Of a stretch of 64,000 nucleotides of DNA, positions 54,741 to 63,625 are shown one piece after another (the stretch's first letter is position 1; the number at the start of each line of letters is the position of its first letter). A program made the translations under genes and the position numbers. Under the pieces are notes generated by a model. The model did not search any database and had not been told where the DNA came from. It was given only the letters and a program-made list of their open reading frames with translations. The DNA comes from Cyclobacteriaceae bacterium (GTDB taxonomy: Bacteria; Bacteroidota; Bacteroidia; Cytophagales; Cyclobacteriaceae), in the NCBI GenBank assembly GCA_028278225.1, contig JANQEU010000031.1, forward strand, positions 88,347 through 152,346, written 5' to 3'.

Positions 54741-57410
54741 TCAGAGTGTACGCTTAATTTCGCGCTTTTCAAATCCTTCTATGACATCTCCAACTTTGAT
54801 GTCATTGAAGTTTTTGATACTGATACCACATTCATACCCATTTTTGACCTCCTGAACATCGTCCTTGAATCGCTTCAGTTGGTTTATTTCACCCTCATAG
54901 GTCACAATTCCATCTCTGATCAACCTGACATTATTGGATCTCTTGACATAACCGTCTGTCACATAACATCCGGCCACAGTTCCAACCTTTGAAATCTTAA
55001 ATACCTCCCTTACCTCGATATTGCCCGTAATCACTTCCTCAACTGTCGGCGCCAACATCCCTTCCATTGCATCTTTCACATCATTTATGGCATCGTAGAT
55101 AATGGAATATAATCTGATTTCAATTTCTTCAGTTTCTGCAATCTTCTTCGCTCCCCCTGATGGTCTAACCTGAAATCCCACTACCACAGCGTCCGAAGCG
55201 GAAGCCAGCAAAACATCAGACTCTGAGATTTGACCGACCCCTTTGTGGATAATATTGACCTGAACTTCATCAGTTGACAATTTTAGAAGTGAATCCGACA
55301 AAGCTTCGACAGACCCATCTACATCTCCCTTGACGATTACATTCAATTCTTTGAAGCTTCCTATTGCCAATCTACGCCCGATTTCATCGAGTGTGATGTG
55401 TTTCCTGGTTCGAACGGTTTGTTCTCTTAGTATCTGTTCACGCTTATTCGCGATTTCACGTGCATCGCGCTCGGACTCCATGATATTGAATTTATCGCCG
55501 GCTTGTGGTGCTCCGTCCAATCCCAGCATTTGGACCGGAGTGGAGGGACCAGCCTCTTTTAGTTTCTTCCCACGGTGATCAAACATAGCTTTGATCTTAC
55601 CAAAATAAGGACCTGCCAAAAGCACATTCCCTACTTTCATTTTTCCCGCCTGAACCATCAGGGTCGTCACGTATCCGCGGCCCTTATCAAGTGTGGCTTC
55701 AATTACTGATCCGACTGCGGGTTTGTTTGCATTGGCTTTAAGCTCCAGTAATTCAGCTTCCAACAGAACTTTTTCCAGTAACTCTTCTATTCCTTCTCCG
55801 GTTTTGGCTGAAATGTGCTGGCATTGGTATTTACCTCCCCAATCTTCCACCAGAATATTGATGTTGGAAAGATCCTCTTTGATCTTATCAGGATTCGAGT
55901 TGGGCTTGTCAATTTTATTGATGGCAATGACGATTGGTACACCCGCTACCTGAGCATGATTAATCGCTTCCTTCGTCTGCGGCATTACTGCATCATCAGC
56001 AGCGACAACTACAATCACTACGTCCGTAATTTTTGCTCCCCGGGCCCGCATGGCTGTAAATGCTTCGTGGCCCGGTGTATCTAAAAATGCAATCCGTTTT
56101 CCGGTTTCCGTAGTTACATCATAGGCTCCAATGTGCTGGGTAATTCCCCCTGCTTCACCTTCCGTAATCTTTGAGTCCCTTATGTAATCGAGCAACGATG
56201 TTTTACCGTGATCCACATGACCCATAATGGTGACAATAGGAGCCCGGTTTTCCAAATCTTCTTCGGCATCAGTTTCTTCAATGACATCAACCTCTTCATC
56301 AGTAGTGGTGAAGTCAACGTCATAGCCAAATTCATCAGCTATGACAGTGATTGTTTCCGCATCCAGTCTCTGGTTTATAGAAACGAACATGCCTAAACTC
56401 AGGCAGGTAGAAATCACATCATTGACGGATACATCCATCAACGTGGCCAGGTCATTTGCGGCAATGAATTCAGTAACTTTTAATTTCTTGGATTCTTCCT
56501 GTGCCTGCAATATCTTTTCTTCCTCCGCTTCAGCTTTTGCTGATCGCTTATCCTTTCGATATTTGGATCTGCTTTGCGAGCCTGTCTTTGCACCACCACT
56601 CAGTTTAGCCAGTGTTGCTTTGATCTTATCCTGGATTTCTTTATCGGATAATTCCTCCGTTTTCCGTCCGTCACGTCCTCTGTGTTTTGTAGCCTCTCCC
56701 CCGGACTTGCGTTGACCTGCATCTGTCGCTATGCGCTTTCTAGGTCTTTTTTTACGTTCTTTACTCTCATCAGATGATGCAACGGGTTTTTCTTTTTCCT
56801 TTGGTAATTCAATTTTACCTAATACGGTCAGGCCTTTAAGAGATTCCGCTTTTGCCTCAATTCTGCTCTCGGCATCCGCCTCCTCCTTTTCCTCTTCTTG
56901 GGCTGGTGGTGTTTCTTCCGGTTTTTCGGCAGCTGCCTCCTCCGGCTCTTCTACTGTCTCATCGACCTTTTTGTCCTCTTCCTTTGCAGGTTGCTTCGGA
57001 GCTTTTTTCGCGTCCAGATCAATCTTACCAACAACCTTCGGACCCTCTAGCTTTGGGCTCGATAACAAATCTTCAGAGGTCTCGGGAGGTGGAGCTTCTT
57101 CCTTCACCTCAATCGGAGCTACATTATCTTTTATGAGGATTTCCTCTTCCTCGACACTATTTTCAGCCTCTTCCGAAGAAGTTGCCTTGATCACTAAATT
57201 ATCTCCATGAGTAGCACCAATCGTAAGGCCGGAGGCCTCCTCTTTATCCATCGCGGAATCGGCAAATTCTTTCGACAACACCGCAAACTGCTCCTCAGAT
57301 ATTTTTGAATTGGGATTGCGATCCACTTCATAACCTTTTTCACTCAGGAAATCAATTATGGTCGTTCTCCCAACATTTAGTTTTCTGGCAACCTGACTTA
57401 GTCTATACAT
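54741..57410 (-). CDS. infB: Translation initiation factor IF-2
   Basis: 889 aa with an E/K-rich N-terminal region and the G domain [17 protein letters not shown] and NKID. Confidence 0.95.
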   Translation of the reverse strand: MYRLSQVARKLNVGRTTIIDFLSEKGYEVDRNPNSKISEEQFAVLSKEFADSAMDKEEASGLTIGATHGDNLVIKATSSEEAENSVEEEEILIKDNVAPIEVKEEAPPPETSEDLLSSPKLEGPKVVGKIDLDAKKAPKQPAKEEDKKVDETVEEPEEAAAEKPEETPPAQEEEKEEADAESRIEAKAESLKGLTVLGKIELPKEKEKPVASSDESKERKKRPRKRIATDAGQRKSGGEATKHRGRDGRKTEELSDKEIQDKIKATLAKLSGGAKTGSQSRSKYRKDKRSAKAEAEEEKILQAQEESKKLKVTEFIAANDLATLMDVSVNDVISTCLSLGMFVSINQRLDAETITVIADEFGYDVDFTTTDEEVDVIEETDAEEDLENRAPIVTIMGHVDHGKTSLLDYIRDSKITEGEAGGITQHIGAYDVTTETGKRIAFLDTPGHEAFTAMRARGAKITDVVIVVVAADDAVMPQTKEAINHAQVAGVPIVIAINKIDKPNSNPDKIKEDLSNINILVEDWGGKYQCQHISAKTGEGIEELLEKVLLEAELLELKANANKPAVGSVIEATLDKGRGYVTTLMVQAGKMKVGNVLLAGPYFGKIKAMFDHRGKKLKEAGPSTPVQMLGLDGAPQAGDKFNIMESERDAREIANKREQILREQTVRTRKHITLDEIGRRLAIGSFKELNVIVKGDVDGSVEALSDSLLKLSTDEVQVNIIHKGVGQISESDVLLASASDAVVVGFQVRPSGGAKKIAETEEIEIRLYSIIYDAINDVKDAMEGMLAPTVEEVITGNIEVREVFKISKVGTVAGCYVTDGYVKRSNNVRLIRDGIVTYEGEINQLKRFKDDVQEVKNGYECGISIKNFNDIKVGDVIEGFEKREIKRTL

Positions 57411-57436
57411 TCGTTATACTTAGTATATCGCTTTTT

Positions 57437-58678
57437 TTATTCAAATTCCTGATTAAGAACAGATAAAACGTCGTCTATTGTCTCTTCCTCGAGATCCGTC
57501 CTTCTAATCAAGTCTTCCCGCCCTAACTTAAGGACGCTTTTGGCAGTGTCCAATCCAATGCCTTTGAGAGCATCAATTACCCAACCTTCAATTTCGTCTG
57601 AAAACTCGTCAAGATCTACGTCTTCCTCTTCCAGTCCATCCAGTTCACGGAACACATCTATCTCAAATCCAACGAGCTTACTGGCTAATTTGATATTCTG
57701 GCCCCCTTTTCCAATCGCCAAAGATACCTGATCCGGTTTTAAGTATACGGAAACCCTCTTATTCTCTTCATCAATTTTCATGCTCTGGATCTTGGCAGGA
57801 CTTAAAGCCCGCGCAATGTACAATTCAAGGTTGTCCGTAAAATTTATGACGTCAATATTCTCATTTTGAAGTTCGCGAACAATGGAGTGTATCCGTGAAC
57901 CCTTCATCCCGACACAGGCTCCTACCGGATCAATTCTGTCGTCATATGATTCCACAGCTACTTTGGCACGTTCGCCTGGTTCCCTGACAACATTCTTGAT
58001 GGTAATGAGTCCGTCATACACCTCAGGAACTTCGCTCTCGAAAAGTCTTTCCAAAAAAGTCGGAGAGGTCCTTGAAAGTACGATCCTGGGATTCCCATTG
58101 TACATTTCCACCCGGTGAACAATTGCCCTGGCAGCATCACCTTTCCGATATCTGTCTTTAGGTATCTGTTCTGATTTCGGGAGCTGGAGTTCATTGCCTT
58201 CGCCATCGATGAGCAGAACTTCTCTACTGAGGATCTGATATACTTCTCCGGTAATGATCTCTCCTACGAGGTCTTTGTATTTCTGGAAAAGAATGTCTTT
58301 TTCAAGATCTTTGATTTTCTGAATGAGTGTTTGCCGTGCAGTCATTACGGCCCTCCGGCCAAAATGCTCAAGCCTGATCTCTTCAGCCACTTCCTCCCCT
58401 ATTTCAAAATCCGGCTCGATTTTTCTTGCATCTGTCAAGCAAATCTTGTCATGATCCCATATGTCTTCGGAATTGTCATCTACAATTTCCCTGAACCTCC
58501 AGATTTCCAGGTCCCCTTTGTCAGCATTAATGATGATATCAAAATTATCATCCACCTCATATTTTTTGCGGATCATTGTTCTGAATACATCTTCCAGTAT
58601 TCTGATCATGGTTGGCCGATCTATATTCTTGTTTCGAGCAAAATCGGCAAATGAGTCAATTAATATTCCTGCATCCAT
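57437..58678 (-). CDS. nusA: Transcription termination/antitermination factor NusA
   Basis: 413 aa with an S1 domain (GEIITGEVYQI) and KH domains (GACVGMKGSRI, IGKGGQNIKLAS). Confidence 0.95.
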   Translation of the reverse strand: MDAGILIDSFADFARNKNIDRPTMIRILEDVFRTMIRKKYEVDDNFDIIINADKGDLEIWRFREIVDDNSEDIWDHDKICLTDARKIEPDFEIGEEVAEEIRLEHFGRRAVMTARQTLIQKIKDLEKDILFQKYKDLVGEIITGEVYQILSREVLLIDGEGNELQLPKSEQIPKDRYRKGDAARAIVHRVEMYNGNPRIVLSRTSPTFLERLFESEVPEVYDGLITIKNVVREPGERAKVAVESYDDRIDPVGACVGMKGSRIHSIVRELQNENIDVINFTDNLELYIARALSPAKIQSMKIDEENKRVSVYLKPDQVSLAIGKGGQNIKLASKLVGFEIDVFRELDGLEEEDVDLDEFSDEIEGWVIDALKGIGLDTAKSVLKLGREDLIRRTDLEEETIDDVLSVLNQEFE

Positions 58679-58679
58679 T

Positions 58680-59132
58680 TCAGCTAAATGATACTAATAC
58701 GTTTGTTCTCTTTATCTTTTTAAAACTATATTCAAATTTTTCCTTCTTGCCTTCTTCCATTATCCTGATCTTTTTGTTGTCGCTGCTTTCCAGTTTCCCT
58801 TCCAACACATTTCCATCCACCAGCTCTACTCTCACTCTTCTCCCAATGTTTTTCTTATACTGCCGCTGGAACTTTAATGGAGTATCAATACCGGGCGACG
58901 ACACTTCCAAATGATATTTACCTTTAATTAAATCTCCATCATCCAAAAAAACCCCCAGCTTTCGGCTCACACTGGCACACTGATCGATGTCAACAAATGG
59001 CTCTCCATCAATAAGTACGGATACCTTCTGATTCCCCCGATTACCTTTTATCGCCAAATCGACCAGAAAAAGATCCGAAAACTCCTCCTCCAGCAAACGG
59101 CTCAAAAATTCTTCTATCTGTTTCTCGACCAT
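58680..59132 (-). CDS. rimP: Ribosome maturation factor RimP
   Basis: 150 aa, immediately upstream of nusA, with LEVSSPGIDTPL, the RimP signature. Confidence 0.88.
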   Translation of the reverse strand: MVEKQIEEFLSRLLEEEFSDLFLVDLAIKGNRGNQKVSVLIDGEPFVDIDQCASVSRKLGVFLDDGDLIKGKYHLEVSSPGIDTPLKFQRQYKKNIGRRVRVELVDGNVLEGKLESSDNKKIRIMEEGKKEKFEYSFKKIKRTNVLVSFS

Positions 59133-59153
59133 AACTTAAATATCCTTTAAATG

Positions 59154-59179
59154 AAAGAGGGGACTGTTGTCCCCTCTTT
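59154..59179 (-). promoter_or_regulatory. Terminator-like hairpin in the rimP-nusA-infB leader (candidate attenuator)
   Basis: AAAGAGGGGAC (59154-59164) and GTCCCCTCTTT (59169-59179) form a perfect 11-bp inverted repeat around a 4-nt loop. On the minus strand the GC-rich stem is followed by TTTCATTT and then the rimP ATG, 21 nt later. Confidence 0.55.
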
Positions 59180-59203
59180 CTAGGTCGGATATGTTTTCTG
59201 GCT

Positions 59204-59211
59204 CAAAATTA
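59204..59211 (-). promoter_or_regulatory. Candidate -7 promoter box (TAATTTTG) for rimP-nusA-infB
   Basis: The plus strand reads CAAAATTA, which is TAATTTTG on the minus strand. It lies 71 nt upstream of the rimP ATG, upstream of the hairpin. Confidence 0.4.
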
Positions 59212-59297
59212 AGCTAAATAATTTTCAATTCAAATTTGGAAGTTTTTAAAACAGCATTCGACAGTTTTGCGTTCGGTATTGGATAGACATTAAACAG

Positions 59298-60776
59298 ATG
59301 ATCGGTAAGCTCCGTATTACAAACTCTCTCACACGTACCAAGGAAGAATTTACCCCAATTAATCCCCCTCATGTAGGCATGTATGTCTGTGGACCAACAG
59401 TCTATAGTGATGTACATCTTGGGAATGTCAGAACCTTTATCAGCTTTGATGTAATCAACAGGTATTTAAGGTTTGCTGGTTATAAAGTGCGATATGTACG
59501 CAATATCACTGATGTGGGCCACTTACTGGATAGCGGCGAAGACCGGATTTCCAAAAAGGCTAAACTGGAAAATCTGGAACCTATGGAAATTGTTCAGAAG
59601 TATTCCAATGATTTTCATGAGGTAATGGAAACATTCAATACCCTGAAACCTGATATTGAGCCTTTGGCAACGGGTCATTTACTGGAACAGATAGCGCTGA
59701 CCGAGGAACTCCTGAAAAAGGGATACGCCTATGAATCCAATGGTTCGGTCTATTTTGATGTAAGCAAATACAACGAGTCGCACGATTACGGAAAGTTAAG
59801 TGGAAGAAAAATTGAAGATCTCCTCAATCAAACCCGTGATCTGGAAGGCCAGGAGGATAAACGGAATCCATTGGATTTTGCCCTTTGGAAAAAGGCGTCA
59901 CCCGGACATATAATGAGATGGACAACAAAGTGGAGTGATGGTTTTCCGGGATGGCATTTGGAATGCTCGGTAATGAGTACAAAGTACCTGGGAGAGCAGT
60001 TTGATATTCATGGGGGAGGAATGGATTTAAAATTTCCGCATCATGAATGTGAAATAGCACAAAGCGTTGGAGCAAGCGAACTGGATCCTGTCAAATACTG
60101 GATCCACACCAATATGCTCACCGTAAATGGCCAGAAGATGAGCAAATCCCTTGGAAACTCTTTCCTGCCATGGGAATTGATCACGGGAGATCACGAGGTA
60201 CTGGATAGGGGCTACAGCCCGATGACCATCAGATTTTTTATGCTCCAGTCTCATTATGCAAGTACCCTGGATTTTTCAAATGAAGCTTTAAATGCGGCTT
60301 TGAAGGGATATACAAAACTCATTAATGGTATCCGTGTATTGAAGGAAATCACATTCCCGGAAGGAGAAGGGCAACCCGACGAAAAACTGGCATCGCAAAT
60401 AGAAAAGATGTGTGATAACTGCTACCATGCAATGAATGATGACTTTAACACTGCCCTGACCATCGGTCACATATTTAATTTACTGAAAAAGGTAAATGCG
60501 ATACATACGGGTCAACTGAATATTGAAGATGTAGGAAAAGACACTTTCATTCGACTCAAAGAAACGATCATCAGGTTTACGGAAGAGGTGCTGGGACTAA
60601 AGCAGGAGTCCACCATAAATGGTGAAAATATGCTGCACTTCCTTTTGCACGAGTACAGAATTGCCAAAGAGTCTAAAAACTATGATAAAGTGGATGAACT
60701 GCGTGCCAAACTGAAGGAGGAGGGAATCATTGTAAAAGATATGAAAGGAGGCGTGGATTGGGCTTTTGAAGAGTAA
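59298..60776 (+). CDS. cysS: Cysteine--tRNA ligase
   Basis: 492 aa with the HIGH-type motif (DVHLGNVRT), KMSKS and zinc-site residues (CGPT, HLEC, HHECE). Confidence 0.95.
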   Translation: MIGKLRITNSLTRTKEEFTPINPPHVGMYVCGPTVYSDVHLGNVRTFISFDVINRYLRFAGYKVRYVRNITDVGHLLDSGEDRISKKAKLENLEPMEIVQKYSNDFHEVMETFNTLKPDIEPLATGHLLEQIALTEELLKKGYAYESNGSVYFDVSKYNESHDYGKLSGRKIEDLLNQTRDLEGQEDKRNPLDFALWKKASPGHIMRWTTKWSDGFPGWHLECSVMSTKYLGEQFDIHGGGMDLKFPHHECEIAQSVGASELDPVKYWIHTNMLTVNGQKMSKSLGNSFLPWELITGDHEVLDRGYSPMTIRFFMLQSHYASTLDFSNEALNAALKGYTKLINGIRVLKEITFPEGEGQPDEKLASQIEKMCDNCYHAMNDDFNTALTIGHIFNLLKKVNAIHTGQLNIEDVGKDTFIRLKETIIRFTEEVLGLKQESTINGENMLHFLLHEYRIAKESKNYDKVDELRAKLKEEGIIVKDMKGGVDWAFEE

Positions 60777-60779
60777 CTG

Positions 60780-60872
60780 CCCTGAATTTCTTAAATTAGA
60801 TTTTGAATTTTCAGGGATAGTAATTTAAATTTATCCTGAAATATTAAAATTTCATTTTAAATTTTCAGGGAT
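60780..60872. repeat. Four alternating inverted/direct copies of a TTTCAGGGAT-type element
   Basis: CCCTGAA (60780-60786, reverse orientation), AATTTTCAGGGAT (60806-60818), ATCCTGAAA (60833-60841, reverse orientation, one G missing) and AATTTTCAGGGAT (60860-60872). The last copy contains the first two bases of the ATPase ATG. Confidence 0.85.
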
Positions 60873-62016
60873 GATCTCAAGAGGAGCTAGCAAAAAAGTC
60901 AGGAAACTGCTCGAAAAGTTTCCTGTTGTGGGCATTGTTGGTCCTCGTCAGATCGGCAAAACCACACTTGTCAAATCTCTACTGGATGAGAAATCTATTT
61001 ATCTGGATCTTGAATCAGACGTTGATCTCCCAAAACTTACCGAACCCGGTCTGTTTTTTCGCACAAACAGTGAAAAGCTAATAATCATCGATGAGATCCA
61101 GCAAATGCCGGAATTATTTCCACTCCTGAGATCCATAGTAGATGAAAACAGGAGACCGGGACGATTCATCATCTTAGGTTCCGCCTCCCCGGTCTTATTG
61201 CGTAAAAGTTCGGAATCCCTGGCCGGCAGAATTGCATACATGGAGCTGACCCCATTTCATCTTAATGAAGTTGGTGAAGAACATATTACTGAATTGTGGA
61301 TGAAGGGAGGATTTCCGAATTCTTTTCTTGAAGACAACAATCAAACCAGTGTGCTCTGGCGAAATCAACTTATAAGGGCATATCTTGAGCGTGATCTACC
61401 TGCCTTAGGTTTGAATGTAGAACGTAGGTTGTTACATAATTTTTTAAGAATGCTGGCTAATAATACAGGACAGCTTTGGAATGCGATGACCTTCGCCAAA
61501 TCTTTGGGGATAACATCACCAACCGTGAAGAAATACCTGGATTTTATGGAAGGCGCTTTTCTGGTCGATGTGATAGAACCTTTTTTCATGAATATGAAAA
61601 AAAGACTGGTCAAATCTCCAAAGGTTTATTTCAAGGATACTGGTCTACTTCATGCGCTCCTGGGCATTCCTGACCTAAACACCCTGCAAGGAAACCTTTT
61701 GATAGGTAATTCATGGGAGAACTACGTCATTCAGCAAATCAAGAATGAGCTTGGCGATACCTATGAATATTACTTTTACAGGACCCGGGAAGGCACTGAA
61801 GCCGATCTTGTTTTGGTAAAAGGCGGGATACCCGAAATAACCATTGAGATAAAATACACCAGCTCACCAAAAGTATCCAGGGGTTTAAAAATTGCGATTG
61901 AAGATTTAGGATCAAAAAAGAATTTCATTCTTATTCCAACTGGTGAGCGATACCCAATACACGATAATATTGAAGTGATCGGGCTTGGAGACTTCTTAAA
62001 TCTCTTCAGTAAGTGA
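60871..62016 (+). CDS. AAA+ ATPase with C-terminal DUF4143-type domain
   Basis: 381 aa with Walker A GPRQIGKTTL and Walker B LIIIDEIQ. The C-terminal half (YFYRTREGTEADLVL) resembles the restriction-endonuclease-like DUF4143 region of the COG1373-type ATPases. Confidence 0.75.
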   Translation: MISRGASKKVRKLLEKFPVVGIVGPRQIGKTTLVKSLLDEKSIYLDLESDVDLPKLTEPGLFFRTNSEKLIIIDEIQQMPELFPLLRSIVDENRRPGRFIILGSASPVLLRKSSESLAGRIAYMELTPFHLNEVGEEHITELWMKGGFPNSFLEDNNQTSVLWRNQLIRAYLERDLPALGLNVERRLLHNFLRMLANNTGQLWNAMTFAKSLGITSPTVKKYLDFMEGAFLVDVIEPFFMNMKKRLVKSPKVYFKDTGLLHALLGIPDLNTLQGNLLIGNSWENYVIQQIKNELGDTYEYYFYRTREGTEADLVLVKGGIPEITIEIKYTSSPKVSRGLKIAIEDLGSKKNFILIPTGERYPIHDNIEVIGLGDFLNLFSK

Positions 62017-62025
62017 TCCATAAAA

Positions 62026-62063
62026 AAGGCTGCCTCCCGCATGAACCGGGATTAAGCAGCCTT
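62026..62063 (-). terminator. Intrinsic terminator after hpf
   Basis: AAGGCTGC (62026-62033) pairs with GCAGCCTT (62056-62063), with an inner TCCCG/CGGGA stem. On the minus strand it is followed by TTTTTAT. On the plus strand there is no T-tract. Confidence 0.6.
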
Positions 62064-62086
62064 AAGGTAATTCCCTCTATCCGGAC

Positions 62087-62386
62087 CTAATGTGCTGTAA
62101 GTTTTTCCTTGTACTTTTTGAGCTGCCGTTTTAGGTTGGCAGCTGCTTCATCGGTAGCCGACTCGAACGTTCTCGCCCTCGCTTTGGCAAAAAGCTGGTC
62201 TTTCGGAATATTAAGTTTAAACTCAATTATTTTATTTTCTCTAGCATTATCATTATCAATTCGCATTATCACATCACAATCAACAATTCTGTCAAAATAC
62301 CTATCCAACTTATCCAATTTTTTCTGAATGAAATCAATCAACTTGCTGTCAGCATCGAATCGAATGGAATGCATTTGAGTTTTCAT
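62087..62386 (-). CDS. hpf: Ribosome hibernation-promoting factor (HPF/RaiA family, short form)
   Basis: 99 aa with a DSKLIDFIQKKLDKLDRYF ... ATDEAAANLKRQLKKYKEK pattern typical of sigma-54-modulation/HPF proteins. Confidence 0.85.
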   Translation of the reverse strand: MKTQMHSIRFDADSKLIDFIQKKLDKLDRYFDRIVDCDVIMRIDNDNARENKIIEFKLNIPKDQLFAKARARTFESATDEAAANLKRQLKKYKEKLTAH

Positions 62387-62418
62387 AAAATTTAATTTTA
62401 ATAGTTAAAAAAATTCAT

Positions 62419-63300
62419 TTATGCTCTTGGATGAGCCTGGTCGAAAGTTGACTTAAGCTTCTCCAGAGTGTTATGTGTATAGACCTGTGTGGCCGCCAGA
62501 CTGGTGTGCCCCAGCAAGTCTTTTACTGCATTTAAATCGGCTCCCTTATCCAAAAGGTGAGTGGCAAAAGTATGTCTTAATACATGCGGGCTTTTTTTAG
62601 ATAGAGTTGTGACTTGTCCAAGATATTTTTTGATCAGCCTATAGACTGTCATCGGATAAAGCTGTCTGCCACTATCTGTTATGAGCAGGTACGGATTCCC
62701 CTTCATATCTTCCAATTCTCTTTTCAACTTCAAGTACCCTCTAATATTATTAACGGTAGACTGGGGTATAGGTATCAGTCTTTCTTTGTTTCTTTTTCCC
62801 AGCACCTTCATTGATCCGTCGAAGAAATTAATGTCACTTTCCCTGAGGTTAATCAACTCCGCCAATCTGATGCCACTGGCATAAAACAATTCTATCACCA
62901 ACCTGTCCCTTGCCCCGGAAAAATCTTCAGGAAATTGAACCTGATCCATCAGCCTGACCATTTCACTTTCCTTAACAAAGGATGGTAATTGCCTGTCGGT
63001 CTTCAACGGCTTTAGCCTTCTGGCCGGATTTTTCTCAATGAACGCTCTACCTTGCAAAAACTTGAAATAAGACTTCAACGTAGCAATCTTCCTATTGACC
63101 GATCTGGTACTGATCCCATTTTCCACCAGATGGACAATCCAACTCCTGAGATGAGGGTGAATAACATCGTCATCACTATGGATCTCAAAAGTGACCGAAA
63201 GGAAATCACGAAGCTGATCAAGGTCTTTTCGGTATGCTGTGAGAGTATGGTCGCTATATCGCTTTTCGTGCTGCAGGAATTTCAGAAAACTATCAACCAT
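62419..63300 (-). CDS. xerC: Tyrosine recombinase XerC/XerD family (chromosome dimer resolution type)
   Basis: 293 aa with an N-terminal SAM-like domain (FLQHEKRYSDHTLTAYRKDL) and catalytic residues in ASGIRLAEL, HVLRHTFATHLL and GHTSLAATQVYTH. The conserved rpsU-xer-hpf context supports the call. Confidence 0.8.
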   Translation of the reverse strand: MVDSFLKFLQHEKRYSDHTLTAYRKDLDQLRDFLSVTFEIHSDDDVIHPHLRSWIVHLVENGISTRSVNRKIATLKSYFKFLQGRAFIEKNPARRLKPLKTDRQLPSFVKESEMVRLMDQVQFPEDFSGARDRLVIELFYASGIRLAELINLRESDINFFDGSMKVLGKRNKERLIPIPQSTVNNIRGYLKLKRELEDMKGNPYLLITDSGRQLYPMTVYRLIKKYLGQVTTLSKKSPHVLRHTFATHLLDKGADLNAVKDLLGHTSLAATQVYTHNTLEKLKSTFDQAHPRA

Positions 63301-63339
63301 AAAAAAAGTTAGTTCACAGCGCTGGGCTATTACTAACTT
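63301..63339 (-). terminator. Weak terminator-like hairpin after rpsU
   Basis: AAGTTAGT (63306-63313) pairs with ACTAACTT (63332-63339) around an 18-nt loop. On the minus strand it is followed by a T-run that ends at the xerC ATG. The stem is AT-rich (2 GC pairs), so it is weak. Confidence 0.3.
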
Positions 63340-63375
63340 ACTAAATTTTGACGCGATTATGAACCTGGATAATGA

Positions 63376-63570
63376 TTATTTATTCTCCAGATCTCTCATT
63401 TTTTGACGATACTGCGCTTTGATGATCTCGTCTCTCCTTTTCACTGAAGGTTTAGTGAAGAAAGTCCTGGATCTGAGTTCTTTCAATACCCCAGTTTTCT
63501 CAAATTTCTTCTTAAACCGTTTAAGCGCCTTATCAATTGATTCGTTCTCCTTAACGTTTACAACGAGCAT
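63376..63570 (-). CDS. rpsU: 30S ribosomal protein S21
   Basis: 64 aa from ATG 63570 ([35 protein letters not shown]). The track start at 63594 is TTG and lies within the promoter box. Confidence 0.92.
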   Translation of the reverse strand: MLVVNVKENESIDKALKRFKKKFEKTGVLKELRSRTFFTKPSVKRRDEIIKAQYRQKMRDLENK

Positions 63571-63591
63571 ACTTTTTAAATTAATGGGGCG

Positions 63592-63599
63592 CAAATATA
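63592..63599 (-). promoter_or_regulatory. Candidate -7 promoter box (TATATTTG) for rpsU
   Basis: The plus strand reads CAAATATA, which is TATATTTG on the minus strand. It lies 21 nt upstream of ATG 63570. Confidence 0.45.
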
Positions 63600-63625
63600 C
63601 AATTAATTCATACTAAATCTAAAAA

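Noticed and set aside
56731-57210. A 159-aa Ser-rich ORF, with several others, antisense to the infB N-terminal region.
   Set aside because: The E/K-rich (GAA/AAG) coding repeats of IF-2 lack stops on the opposite strand. The products are pure low complexity.
59214-59417. A 67-aa minus-strand ORF spanning the cysS start region.
   Set aside because: It overlaps the cysS coding start antisense and the promoter region. It has no motif and is more simply explained as noise.
62419-63300. The tyrosine recombinase as the integrase of a mobile element or prophage.
   Set aside because: It sits in the conserved housekeeping rpsU-xer-hpf arrangement and is of XerC/XerD size with the N-terminal SAM-like domain. 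No att-like repeats, tRNA gene or phage/ICE cargo are nearby.
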